IMG/VR virus record: IMGVR_UViG_3300005973_000002
DNA length: 64,000 nt
Source: a virus
Taxonomy: Duplodnaviria; Caudoviricetes
Direction: 5' to 3' (one strand)
Below, piece by piece: positions 1 to 9,545 of this stretch (position 1 is its first letter; every line of letters starts with the position of its first letter). The translations under genes were made by a program, and so were the position numbers. The notes beneath the pieces are model-generated. The model was given only the letters and a program-made list of their open reading frames with translations, made no database searches and was not told where the DNA came from.

Positions 1-459
1 AGATATAGAGAACAGGCCGCAACACTTAAATTGCAAAATTTTCATACGCTTCCTCATACCGGAGACAAGCAAAGTATTTCAAAGTTTTTAAACACATTAA
101 ATGCCTATGCTCACGGACGTTCAGATGGAGAAACTTTCTCATTGGCTATCAGCGAGGCAATGAGTTATGGATTGCCGATAATAAGCCACGCCGCTCCAGC
201 AATGGGCCACGTGGAGACAATAGGAGAAGCTGGAGTTGTGGTAGACAGTTTGGAAGCATATGTCAACACAATGAAAAAGCTTGTGCAGGATAAAGACTAT
301 TACAAAATTGTTTCAAACAAAGCTGCCGAACGTTTTCAAAACCATCTTTCTTTGAATGTTAATATTGCAAAGTTCATAACACTATATGAACATGTGTATC
401 AATCAAATCGCCTTATAAAGGCCGATGATGGCTGGTTGTCTGAATGGATAGAAAATTAA
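1..459 (+). CDS. GT-B (GT4-like) glycosyltransferase, C-terminal part, 5' end outside window
   Basis: Frame is open from base 1; the 'ETFSLAISEAMSYGLPII' motif matches the GT4 ExF-x7-E signature. Confidence 0.85.
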   Translation, partial: RYREQAATLKLQNFHTLPHTGDKQSISKFLNTLNAYAHGRSDGETFSLAISEAMSYGLPIISHAAPAMGHVETIGEAGVVVDSLEAYVNTMKKLVQDKDYYKIVSNKAAERFQNHLSLNVNIAKFITLYEHVYQSNRLIKADDGWLSEWIEN

Positions 460-460
460 A

Positions 461-1333
461 ATGATAAAACATCAAAACGTCACACCCTGTCGTAAAAGCA
501 TAATGGTGTTGGGGGGTTCTGGACAAATCGGTCGGCCTCTTTGTGACTTTTTGTATAGGCGAGGGTGTAAAGTATACAATGTTGATCTTGTTCTTGGCAA
601 AGACCATGATTTAAGAAACTCACAAAATATTGCATCGTATTGGATGTCTCAAGTAGATTTTGTTTATTTTTTAGCTTTCGACATTGGTGGTTCTAAATTT
701 CTCAAATTAAAACAAGATGACTGCACATTTTTAATGAATAATATGAAGATAATGACCAGTGTATTTGATATGCTTGAAACTCACAAAAAACCATTTGTTT
801 TTGCCTCTTCATCAATGGCTGAAATGCCTTGGTCTCCATACGGAAATCTCAAGAAAGTTGGGGAGCATTTTACAGAATCTCTGGGTGGTGTCTCAACACG
901 CTTTTGGAATATCTATGGACCAGAGCATGATGACATGAGAGCGCACGTCATTACTGATTTTATTAAAAAGGCAAAAAATACCGGCGTAATCAACATGTTG
1001 ACTAACGGTTCGGAAGTTAGGCAGTTTTTGCATGCTAAAGACTGCTCTGAAATTCTTTTGACACTTGCTGAACGATTTGATGAAGTTAAAAAATATAAAA
1101 AATTGGATGTTAGTAACGGAGTTTGGTCTTCTATTGGTCAAGTGGCAGAATTGGTTGCTGCTCACTACAAAGTAGATATTATAAAAGCTCCTCATGAGGA
1201 TACGGTACAAAACGACAGCAGGATTGAACCAAATTTGGACACATTGTGTAAATTTTGGAATCCAAAAAATTCAATTACATTAAAAGATGGCATTGTTGAC
1301 ATGATCAAATATTACGAGAAAAATGATGGCTGA
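461..1333 (+). CDS. NAD-dependent sugar epimerase/dehydratase (extended SDR)
   Basis: GGSGQIG Rossmann motif, YGNLK (YxxxK) and NIYGP motif. Confidence 0.85.
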   Translation: MIKHQNVTPCRKSIMVLGGSGQIGRPLCDFLYRRGCKVYNVDLVLGKDHDLRNSQNIASYWMSQVDFVYFLAFDIGGSKFLKLKQDDCTFLMNNMKIMTSVFDMLETHKKPFVFASSSMAEMPWSPYGNLKKVGEHFTESLGGVSTRFWNIYGPEHDDMRAHVITDFIKKAKNTGVINMLTNGSEVRQFLHAKDCSEILLTLAERFDEVKKYKKLDVSNGVWSSIGQVAELVAAHYKVDIIKAPHEDTVQNDSRIEPNLDTLCKFWNPKNSITLKDGIVDMIKYYEKNDG

Positions 1334-2264
1334 TTTGCTTGTTACGGGCGGCACCGGAATGGTCGGGCAAGCCATTCGCAAACTTCTCCCTAAAGACTTT
1401 GACGTTGCTCTTGTTGGTTCGAAAGATTACGATCTAACCAACCCAACAAAAGCTCGAAAAATGGTTAGAGAGCTAAAACCAAAAAAAATCATTCACCTAG
1501 CAGCAAAAGTTGGTGGTGTAAAAGCCAACACTGAGAAGGTCGCAGAATTCTTTAATGAGAACATTTTAATAAACACAAATGTGCTGATGGCTGCTGACAA
1601 ATATGATGTTCAACACGTTGTCTCAATGTTGAGCACTTGTGTGTATCCAGATGTCAAGTGGGTAACCTATCCGTTGACCGAAACACAGCTTCATAAAGGA
1701 CCACCGCACGATTCAAACTTTGGATACGCTTATGCAAAAAGAATGCTAGAAGTTCAATCAAGAGCTTATAGAAAGCAAAAGGGTAGAAACTACACAACAG
1801 CTATTCCAAACAACATCTACGGACCTCATGATAACTTCGATTTAGAAGATGGACATGTGGTTCCAGCGGTTATCCGTAAGATATATGAGGCCAAACTAAA
1901 AGGAACCAATGTAACTTTCTGGGGCGATGGCTCAGCTCTCCGTGAGTTTACCTTTTCAGAAGATATTGCTGCATGTCTCCTAAAAATGGTAGGTTGTCCT
2001 ACTGGTGAAATGTACGATAGTTCAATTCCATGCAATATTGGTATATCTGTTGAAACTTCAATCAAAGAATTGGTAGAAACCGTAACTGAAATTTTTGAAT
2101 TCAAAGGCAGAATAAACTGGGACACAACCAAACCCGCTGGGCAATATCGCAAACCAAGTAGTGCCGGCAGAATTAACCATGACTACAAGCCTCTAAGAGA
2201 AGGGCTGGAAATTACTTGTGAGTGGTTTGAAAAAACATATCCTGATGTACGTGGTGTTAAGTAA
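1323..2264 (+). CDS. fcl: GDP-L-fucose synthase (GDP-4-keto-6-deoxymannose epimerase/reductase)
   Basis: GGTGMVG, IIHLAAKVGG, LSTCVYP, YAYAKR, NIYGPHDNF and WGDGSALREF are typical Fcl/WcaG motifs. Confidence 0.93.
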   Translation: MMADLLVTGGTGMVGQAIRKLLPKDFDVALVGSKDYDLTNPTKARKMVRELKPKKIIHLAAKVGGVKANTEKVAEFFNENILINTNVLMAADKYDVQHVVSMLSTCVYPDVKWVTYPLTETQLHKGPPHDSNFGYAYAKRMLEVQSRAYRKQKGRNYTTAIPNNIYGPHDNFDLEDGHVVPAVIRKIYEAKLKGTNVTFWGDGSALREFTFSEDIAACLLKMVGCPTGEMYDSSIPCNIGISVETSIKELVETVTEIFEFKGRINWDTTKPAGQYRKPSSAGRINHDYKPLREGLEITCEWFEKTYPDVRGVK

Positions 2265-2291
2265 AACATTTAATTCAACTAGATAGAGACT

Positions 2292-3287
2292 GTGAACATG
2301 TACAAACCTTATGACAAACGCACTGCGCTTATTAGCGGAATAACGGGACAGGATGGTTCATATTTGGCTGAACTTCTATTAGACAAAGGCTACAAGAAGG
2401 TTGTTGGTCTAAGACGTAGAACTTCCACTTTCAACACTGAACGAGTAGAGCACTTCTATCATAATCCAAGATTTTGGATGGAGTGGGGCAACATGACCGA
2501 CAGCCATTCTTTATGGCGAGTGTTAACCAAGTGGAAACCAGATGAAGTTTACAATCTTGCAGCTCAGTCTCATGTGAGAGTTTCATTTGACGTTCCTGAA
2601 GAGACGCTTGACGTAGTTGCAATGGGAACAATGAAGCTCTTAAATGTTTGTAAAGAGATTGTTCCCGAGGCCAGAATTTATCAGGCTTCATCGTCTGAAA
2701 TGTATGGAGATAATCCTGAAACTCCTCAGAATGAGGAGACAAGAATGACTCCTGCGTCGCCATACGCTTGTGCAAAACTTTTTGCGCATAATCTTTGTCG
2801 CAACTATCGTGAAGGATATGGCATGCACATTTCTTGCGGAATTCTGTTCAATCACGAATCAGAACGCAGGGGGGAAACCTTTGTAACTAGAAAGATCACT
2901 CAAGCTGCCGCCAAAATCAAACTTGGCAAACAAGAAATTCTTGAGCTTGGTAATCTTGGTGCTAAAAGAGACTGGGGCCATGCTTCTGATTATGTATACG
3001 GAATGTGGCTAATGCTTCAACAGGACAAACCTGATGATTATGTCCTTGCTACAGGTGAAACACATACTGTTAAAGAATTTCTCGACGAAGTATTTGCTCA
3101 TGCCGGTCTTGACGTTGACAAACACGTTAGAATTAACCCGAAATATTTCCGCCCACACGAGGTTCCTCTTCTTTTGGGTGATCCAACTAAAGCAAAGACA
3201 AAGCTGGGTTGGGAGCCTAAAATCAAATTCAAAGAACTTGCTAAATTGATGTACGAGGCCGATCTTGAAAAAGAAATAGGTTTATAA
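2292..3287 (+). CDS. gmd: GDP-mannose 4,6-dehydratase
   Basis: GITGQDGSYLA, NLAAQSHVRVSF, QASSSEMYG, SPYACAK, GILFNHES and ETFVTRKIT motifs. Confidence 0.97.
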   Translation: MNMYKPYDKRTALISGITGQDGSYLAELLLDKGYKKVVGLRRRTSTFNTERVEHFYHNPRFWMEWGNMTDSHSLWRVLTKWKPDEVYNLAAQSHVRVSFDVPEETLDVVAMGTMKLLNVCKEIVPEARIYQASSSEMYGDNPETPQNEETRMTPASPYACAKLFAHNLCRNYREGYGMHISCGILFNHESERRGETFVTRKITQAAAKIKLGKQEILELGNLGAKRDWGHASDYVYGMWLMLQQDKPDDYVLATGETHTVKEFLDEVFAHAGLDVDKHVRINPKYFRPHEVPLLLGDPTKAKTKLGWEPKIKFKELAKLMYEADLEKEIGL

Positions 3288-3355
3288 CAAGTACGGATTG
3301 AACAAAAATAGCAATAACCAAGAGAATAGTAACCAGAAGGAAAGTCAAAGTATCC

Positions 3356-4933
3356 ATGACCGAATCACTACTAACTGTAGATAATGAACTTCTTGGCGAT
3401 GATCTTTTCATCAAGCCAAAGAAAAAGAAAAAGATCCTAATGTTGTCTGATCATCCGCTTGCGCCATCAGGCGTGGGTGTTCAGGCAAGATTCCTCATTG
3501 AGGGCTTAATCAACACGGGCAAATATAGTTTTCGTTGCCTTGGTGGTGCGATCAAGCACCAGGATTATAGAACAATAAAAGTAAACGATGATTTTATCAT
3601 AAAACCAGTAGATGGTTTTGGCACTCATGAGATGATTCGTAGTTTGCTTGTGACTGAAAAGCCAGATGCGCTTATTATTTTTACAGATCCAAGACAATTC
3701 ATTTGGTTATGGGAAATTGAAGATGAAATTCATCAAGTTTGTCCGATTACTTACTGGCACGTATGGGACAATGATCCATATCCTGCTTTCAACAGACCTT
3801 GGTATGAGTCAACAGATTTAATCAACTGCCTCTCTTACAAGACTTATGAATTGATCAAACCACATTTTCCTGAAAAGACTCATTACATCCCACATGCTTT
3901 TCCAAAGCATGTTTATTATGAGCTTCCAAAAGAACAGGTTGACAACCTTGCTTCTCAAAATTTTGGACCAAGAGCAAATTGGTTTAAAGCTCTTTGGGTA
4001 AACCGAAATGCAACTCGTAAATTACCAGCCGATGTTCTTAGTGCTTGGAAAGTTTTCTTAGACAAACTTGAGGCAAAACATGGTCATCGAAACGCTGTTT
4101 TGATCATGCATACAGACCCAGGTGACGCCGAGGGCCCAAATCTACTTGCCGTGGCAGAAATGCTAGGTCTTCAAAACAATGTTTGGTTTTCAACAGATAA
4201 GCTTGGTTTTGATAGAATGAATATTCTGCACAATCTTGTTGATACTGTAGTAAACGTTTCAAAAAATGAAGGATTCGGACTTTCTACTCTTATTTCTTTG
4301 CAAGTCGGCAAACCGATTATCGCCTTAAAAACCGGAGGAGAAACACGTAAAGTTGTTGATTATAGGGATGGAACTGAAATTGGAGTTGGGCTCGATCCGA
4401 TTAAACGTTGTCTCGTAGGTTCACAACTTGTCCCATATATCTATGAAGATTTTGCAGGAACAGAAGAGCTTGCAAATGCCTTCCTTACGGTTCATGATTA
4501 CACCCCTGAAGAGAAGGCCAAACTTAGAGAAAAGGCTTTGGACTACGTTGATTTTGAATACAATCATGAAGACATCGTAAGACGATGGGATGAGACATTA
4601 ACAAAATGTATCGAAAATTTTGAGTCTGGGAACACCAATAGGTGGAGCATCCAAAAAATTGAACCAGTTGTTCCTGGTCAGGGTGAAGAAGCTGTTGTTG
4701 ATAGAAATCCTAGCAGGCTCGAACAAGCAAAGCAAGCACAGATTGCAGCTGATGCAGTTAAAACTCAACAATTCATGCAAACATCATTAGGCAGTGCCGA
4801 AGCAGGTTCAACAAAGACTGTTTCGAAGGGCAGGAAGAAAGTTTCTACTACAAAATCAACCGCTAAGCCTAAAAACGACTCAGTAAAAACAACAACAAAA
4901 AAATCCAACAAAAAGAGGAAGAAAAGGAAGTAA
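3356..4933 (+). CDS. GT4-like glycosyltransferase with Lys/Thr-rich C-terminal tail
   Basis: SDHPLAPSGVG N-terminal motif, VNRNATRK, NEGFGLSTL; low-complexity basic tail. Confidence 0.85.
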   Translation: MTESLLTVDNELLGDDLFIKPKKKKKILMLSDHPLAPSGVGVQARFLIEGLINTGKYSFRCLGGAIKHQDYRTIKVNDDFIIKPVDGFGTHEMIRSLLVTEKPDALIIFTDPRQFIWLWEIEDEIHQVCPITYWHVWDNDPYPAFNRPWYESTDLINCLSYKTYELIKPHFPEKTHYIPHAFPKHVYYELPKEQVDNLASQNFGPRANWFKALWVNRNATRKLPADVLSAWKVFLDKLEAKHGHRNAVLIMHTDPGDAEGPNLLAVAEMLGLQNNVWFSTDKLGFDRMNILHNLVDTVVNVSKNEGFGLSTLISLQVGKPIIALKTGGETRKVVDYRDGTEIGVGLDPIKRCLVGSQLVPYIYEDFAGTEELANAFLTVHDYTPEEKAKLREKALDYVDFEYNHEDIVRRWDETLTKCIENFESGNTNRWSIQKIEPVVPGQGEEAVVDRNPSRLEQAKQAQIAADAVKTQQFMQTSLGSAEAGSTKTVSKGRKKVSTTKSTAKPKNDSVKTTTKKSNKKRKKRK

Positions 4934-4934
4934 T

Positions 4935-6233
4935 ATGACTGACGACAAAAGAAAAATTGAAAGCGCACAACTTCCTCCAATGGAAGGGTTGTTGTCGGGT
5001 CCAAGTGCACCCAAATTTAATCCAGGCACACAAACCAAAAAAGTTATTCTTAGGGCTCCTGTGCTTACACAATCGGGCTATGGTGTGCATTCTAGGCAGG
5101 TTGCTCGATGGTTGTTTGATCAAATGGACCAAAGGGATGACCTTGAAGTATTTGTTGAGCCGCTACAATGGGGTGTTACTCCTTGGGTTGTAAATACTGA
5201 TTCTTATGATGGACTTATTGGTAGATTGGTTCAGCACTCAACCCAATCAGATCATTATGATGTGTCACTACAACTTCAACTTCCCAACGAGTGGAATCCA
5301 TTTTTAGCTGATTACAACATCGGAATTACTGCTGCTGTTGAAACAGATAAGTGCAATCAGGAATGGGTAAAGCATGTAAACCAAATGGACATGGTTATTG
5401 TTCCATCAGAATTTGTAAAATCTGTAATCCACAATGCTGGTGTTGAGGTTACGACAAAAATAGTCGTGGTGCCAGAAGCATTTACAGACGCATGTTTGGA
5501 TGACGCACTTAATGTTTCTGAAAACGGAAGCTATGATACAGTGATAAATCTTTCGAACATAGAAACCGAATTTAATTTTCTGGTTTTTGGTCAATTTTGT
5601 GGCAACAATCCTGACAATGATCGAAAAAATTTAGCATACACGATTAAGTGGATGTCGGAAGTATTCGCCGAAAATCCCGATGTCGGAGTAATAGTAAAAA
5701 CAAATTTTGGTCGCAACACCAAGCTTGACAAACTAAACACAACAAATATTCTTGCAAAAGTCCTCCTTGAAACCAAAAAAGGCCCAGGGCCAAAGTTTTA
5801 CCTTCTTCACGGAAACATGTCAGATGAAGAAGTGGCAGGACTTTATCGTCATGATAAAGTAAAAGCTCTCGTTAGCCTCACAAGGGGTGAGGGCTTTGGC
5901 TTACCAATTCTTGAAGCAGCTGCTTGTGGACTTCCAGTTATTGTAACGAATTGGAGTGCACACACTGAATTTCTCGGACAAGGTAAGTATGTTAAGGTAG
6001 ATTACCGACTTAGACCAATCCACGAATCAAGGGTTGACAATAAGATTTTCTTCTCTGGTATGCAGTGGGCAAACCCTGACGAGTCGGATGCAAAAAGAAA
6101 ACTTCAGAAGTTTTACCGCAGTCCCGGCCTGCCCCAAAAATGGGCAAAGGAGCTTGCGACGAAGCTACAAAAAACGCATAGCTTTAAGGCCATCAGCGAT
6201 AGATACTCGGAAGTTCTAAAAGATATAATATAA
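4935..6233 (+). CDS. GT4-like glycosyltransferase
   Basis: TQSGYGVHSR, DRKN and GEGFGLPILEAAACGLPVI motifs. Confidence 0.9.
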   Translation: MTDDKRKIESAQLPPMEGLLSGPSAPKFNPGTQTKKVILRAPVLTQSGYGVHSRQVARWLFDQMDQRDDLEVFVEPLQWGVTPWVVNTDSYDGLIGRLVQHSTQSDHYDVSLQLQLPNEWNPFLADYNIGITAAVETDKCNQEWVKHVNQMDMVIVPSEFVKSVIHNAGVEVTTKIVVVPEAFTDACLDDALNVSENGSYDTVINLSNIETEFNFLVFGQFCGNNPDNDRKNLAYTIKWMSEVFAENPDVGVIVKTNFGRNTKLDKLNTTNILAKVLLETKKGPGPKFYLLHGNMSDEEVAGLYRHDKVKALVSLTRGEGFGLPILEAAACGLPVIVTNWSAHTEFLGQGKYVKVDYRLRPIHESRVDNKIFFSGMQWANPDESDAKRKLQKFYRSPGLPQKWAKELATKLQKTHSFKAISDRYSEVLKDII

Positions 6234-6682
6234 TGTTGACTTGGGTTCTTACTGGCATCGTTGCATTGCTTGCAGTAACACTGGGCTTCAGTGTTTATTA
6301 CTTAATAAAATTTTCAAGAATTATCATGGTTTTTGAAGACGATATAAGTGATACTGTTTCTGCATTAAATGAAGTCGATGACACTATCAATGGAGTATTG
6401 CAAATGCAAATATTTTATGATAGTCCCGAGGTAAGAAAAGAGGTTGACAAAATTTTGGAAGAAGTTCGAATTTGCAGAGTTAAAATTTTTGGAATGATTG
6501 AACGGTTTACAGCTCGAAGTAAACAGCAATATTATTTTATCAATGATAACACTGAAATTCCCACTAGAGATGAACGAATAATTCCGAGACTTCCTGGACA
6601 GCCGCCGGATACACCAAATCCGCTACAAATGTTACAAAATGAAGGTATAGTTCTGGATGTCCAACACCAAAGAAAAGAATGA
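6233..6682 (+). CDS. Hypothetical protein with N-terminal transmembrane helix
   Basis: Hydrophobic residues ~1-25; start overlaps the upstream stop (TAATG). Confidence 0.7.
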   Translation: MLTWVLTGIVALLAVTLGFSVYYLIKFSRIIMVFEDDISDTVSALNEVDDTINGVLQMQIFYDSPEVRKEVDKILEEVRICRVKIFGMIERFTARSKQQYYFINDNTEIPTRDERIIPRLPGQPPDTPNPLQMLQNEGIVLDVQHQRKE

Positions 6683-7460
6683 TGCGTCCAAAGCAAGTGC
6701 AGCTATTGGTCGCAAGACTTTAAAAAACAAACCAAAAAAAAGAAGGAAAATTTCCCGTAGAAAACCAGGCTCGAAGCCAACCAAGAAGTATTTTACGTCA
6801 GACACGCAAGATGCTATCGTAAGATATCAAAATTCAGCAGTTCAAGCTGAAAAAGATGTAATTTATGTTAAGGAAATTTTACCTGCTTTTGATGCACTGG
6901 TAGAAAATCTAATAAACGTCTACGGATTCAAGGTAATGCATGAATCCAAGCAGGACTTGAAGATAGAATGTCTTGAATTTCTTTATACAGCAGTTCACAA
7001 ATTTGATCCCACTAAGGGTTCAAAGGCTTTCTCATATTTCAATGTTGTTGCCAAAAATTGGCTAACGATCAAATCCAAGCAGAATGCCAAAAAACTAAAG
7101 CAATACATTTCTTTAGATTACAAAGAAGGCATCTCACAAACAGACTTGGATGCTATCGAACGTCAAAACATTATTCCTGGTTTTGACGAGGTGATGACAC
7201 AAGAGGAAATGAATAAATTCCTGCGTGATATAGTAGGAGAACTTGAAAAGCGAACGAGAACAGACAACGAAAAAGCAACGATTGAAGCAATTAAAATCAT
7301 CATTGATCGGCTTGATGATATTGATCTCCTTTCAAAAAGAGCGGTTCTCCTCTACATTAGAGAAATCACGGGATTGTCAAGTAAGCAACTGTCAATCGTA
7401 CTTTCGTCTCTTAAAAAACACTACAGGGAATTGCGAAAAACAGAGGAATTTTCATACTGA
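6657..7460 (+). CDS. Phage sigma-70-like transcription factor (gp55-like region 2)
   Basis: 'DLKIECLEFLYTAVHKFDPTKGSKAFSYFNVVAKN' resembles the sigma region 2.2-2.3 pattern (DL..E......a..kFDp.kg.kf.sY); helical C-terminus. Confidence 0.7.
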   Translation: MSNTKEKNDASKASAAIGRKTLKNKPKKRRKISRRKPGSKPTKKYFTSDTQDAIVRYQNSAVQAEKDVIYVKEILPAFDALVENLINVYGFKVMHESKQDLKIECLEFLYTAVHKFDPTKGSKAFSYFNVVAKNWLTIKSKQNAKKLKQYISLDYKEGISQTDLDAIERQNIIPGFDEVMTQEEMNKFLRDIVGELEKRTRTDNEKATIEAIKIIIDRLDDIDLLSKRAVLLYIREITGLSSKQLSIVLSSLKKHYRELRKTEEFSY

Positions 7461-7504
7461 AATTTCTAAAACGTATCAGTTGTTTGGCAATGTCATAAGC
7501 CTTA

Positions 7505-8491
7505 TTAAGGAAGTAGAGGATTATCATACTTGAACATGAAGTAGGCATCATCATCGCCGTCTTCATCTTCTATCTCTTCTTTGTCGAATGATTGCTCAAT
7601 ATCAATACTATCCCATTCATCAACCGGAATCCAATTAGTTCCGTCCCAAACATCGATATAATCAGCGTCAATTCCATCAGGAATAATGTATGCACCTGCG
7701 ACTGCGTCTTTAGAACCCAACTCGTCGTCAAATAAATCGTCTTCCAGGAATGCAGCTGGGTCGATTTTTAAGACCACAGGCACCAATCCATCTTCAAGAG
7801 GATTGTCACTATTATGCTCTGCAAATTGTTCTGCTCTGTTGAACCAAAAACTAACACCATCATCTTCTGTCAGAAAGACACCTTTCTTAGAATGAGCATC
7901 ATAACCACCAGCACCGATAGACCTAGCCATCCCCGGCCTCAATCCAGCCTCTGAGATGCCGCCTAAGCGGTTGAAGTAAGTTACATGATACAGAGGGTCG
8001 TTAATTTCCGAACCGTCTATAACCTCTTTTACAATATTATTAAAGCGTCGCTTTTTGATGGGTTGATTTCTGAAATACTCTATAATATCTTTTTCTGATG
8101 GTAGATCACGCCTACCCAACGCCACGCCTAACCAACCAATCATAGGAACGTCTCTATTTGGGAGACCTAAACCTGAACCTCGTGCATCGTTACATGGATA
8201 ACAAGACCAGGCGAGGTTCCACCTATCAAATTTGGGGCCTCCAAGAGAGCGTAGAATGATGTGTTCGACACCAACTAAAGTTTTTTCTCCACAAAAGGCA
8301 CAGCTTTTACCAACTCTTTCTTTTTTAAGTCGGCCAACTCTCCAACCTGTAGGTCTGTTCTGTTTTGATTTCAGATTTTTTAACCACTCTATGTAATCAG
8401 CAGCGTGTTTAACATCGGCCCCATCCAAACTTTCTGCAAGTTGTTGGAACTCTTCATCAACAAGCAATTCAATCAATGTTTTGATGGACAT
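7505..8491 (-). CDS. Two-domain protein: HNH nuclease plus ADP-ribosyltransferase-like domain, acidic leader
   Basis: CAFC..EHII..GG..NL..SCYPCN is an HNH motif; LYHVT...GLRP...GVFLT is an ART-fold H-x-T/F-L-T pattern. Confidence 0.7.
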   Translation of the reverse strand: MSIKTLIELLVDEEFQQLAESLDGADVKHAADYIEWLKNLKSKQNRPTGWRVGRLKKERVGKSCAFCGEKTLVGVEHIILRSLGGPKFDRWNLAWSCYPCNDARGSGLGLPNRDVPMIGWLGVALGRRDLPSEKDIIEYFRNQPIKKRRFNNIVKEVIDGSEINDPLYHVTYFNRLGGISEAGLRPGMARSIGAGGYDAHSKKGVFLTEDDGVSFWFNRAEQFAEHNSDNPLEDGLVPVVLKIDPAAFLEDDLFDDELGSKDAVAGAYIIPDGIDADYIDVWDGTNWIPVDEWDSIDIEQSFDKEEIEDEDGDDDAYFMFKYDNPLLP

Positions 8492-8498
8492 AATTGAT

Positions 8499-8507
8499 TA
8501 TAAATAG
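8499..8507 (-). promoter_or_regulatory. Putative phage late promoter CTATTTATA (representative copy)
   Basis: The same or similar motif lies before the starts at 30373, 32389, 35944, 38873, 40360, 45806, 61858 and others. Confidence 0.6.
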
Positions 8508-8550
8508 ATCATTCATACTTTCATTGAAACCCACCAGCGGTTTTTCGTAC

Positions 8551-9501
8551 TCAAGAAAACACAAGTGTAAATAACTGTACGAATGTATCGACTCCCATAT
8601 CATCATTGTAAATCTTCCCAACAAAGAATACATGTTTTGACACACCTTCACTGGTTGTAAACAAACCAAAGTCAATTACATCAAGTTTCTGTAATTCATT
8701 TTGAGCACTTTCAAAGAATTGACCAACAATGTTGCTTTGGCGAGAAGTTTCAGTAAATAAGAATTCTTGGGCATAGCCCATATCTTCAAATTGCCGAATT
8801 TCACGTTCTACATCTTCAAATGTAAGAATTGGTTCTTGATTCAGGTTTATAAATTCCCCCAAAGGTTCGGCTTCTGTGGTGCCAAGCCTTGGCTTATTAA
8901 CTGGTGGAAGAAATTGGTAATTTGGAATGTGACTTAACCGTTTGTCCTGAAAAAAACCTTCAACATTATTAAGATTGGCAGTAGAAATAGAAGCTGTAGA
9001 AAATGGTCTAGTTTCTGTTATGGAAAATGTAGCTTCTTTTGGTCCAACTATAAATTGACGCTCCCTAAAATCGATTGGGTCTGGGCTTCTTAAAATGTAG
9101 AGTTTTTTAAAATTGTCAATTGAACTGTCGAGAAGTCGTTCAGAAAGACTGGCATACTTGGAACCAGTAACTACAACTGTTTCATTTTCGGATGAGGAAG
9201 ACAAAATTTGTCCGCCACGAATGATGTATCGATCCGATCCAGAGATTGGAAATCCGGTCAGCCTTCCAGAATCATCTGCTTCGAGCGTAATTGTATCCTG
9301 AGGAAGATTAGTTGCCTCAAGTTGAATTCTGTAGGTGTCATCAAGACCTCCACTAACAATCGTATCCTGATTATAGAACATGCCCGAGTCGGTAAAAGAA
9401 TAAAATTCTGCAATCAGACGACCTTGTGCAATTTGTTTACGGCCTTCCGTTGTTAGAAACGTGTCGAAGATTCTATTTTTTGAATTTAATATACCGGCGA
9501 T
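8551..9501 (-). CDS. Virion structural protein (tail/baseplate region); ORF extended upstream to an ATC codon
   Basis: Frame is open upstream of the ATG at 9381: (I/M)AGILNSKNRIFDTFLTTEGRKQIAQG. An AGGAGG Shine-Dalgarno lies 8 nt before the ATC at 9501. Confidence 0.65.
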   Translation of the reverse strand: MAGILNSKNRIFDTFLTTEGRKQIAQGRLIAEFYSFTDSGMFYNQDTIVSGGLDDTYRIQLEATNLPQDTITLEADDSGRLTGFPISGSDRYIIRGGQILSSSSENETVVVTGSKYASLSERLLDSSIDNFKKLYILRSPDPIDFRERQFIVGPKEATFSITETRPFSTASISTANLNNVEGFFQDKRLSHIPNYQFLPPVNKPRLGTTEAEPLGEFINLNQEPILTFEDVEREIRQFEDMGYAQEFLFTETSRQSNIVGQFFESAQNELQKLDVIDFGLFTTSEGVSKHVFFVGKIYNDDMGVDTFVQLFTLVFS

Positions 9502-9545
9502 GACCCTACCCTCCTTTGGGGAACTTATTAACTTTTATCTCAATT

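Noticed and set aside
1-6233. Bacterial O-antigen/colanic-acid operon (host chromosome flank of a prophage)
   Set aside because: No wzx/wzy/manC-type context, integrase or att site was seen, and the cluster is coupled to phage-type genes with similar composition. A chimeric assembly cannot be excluded without reads.
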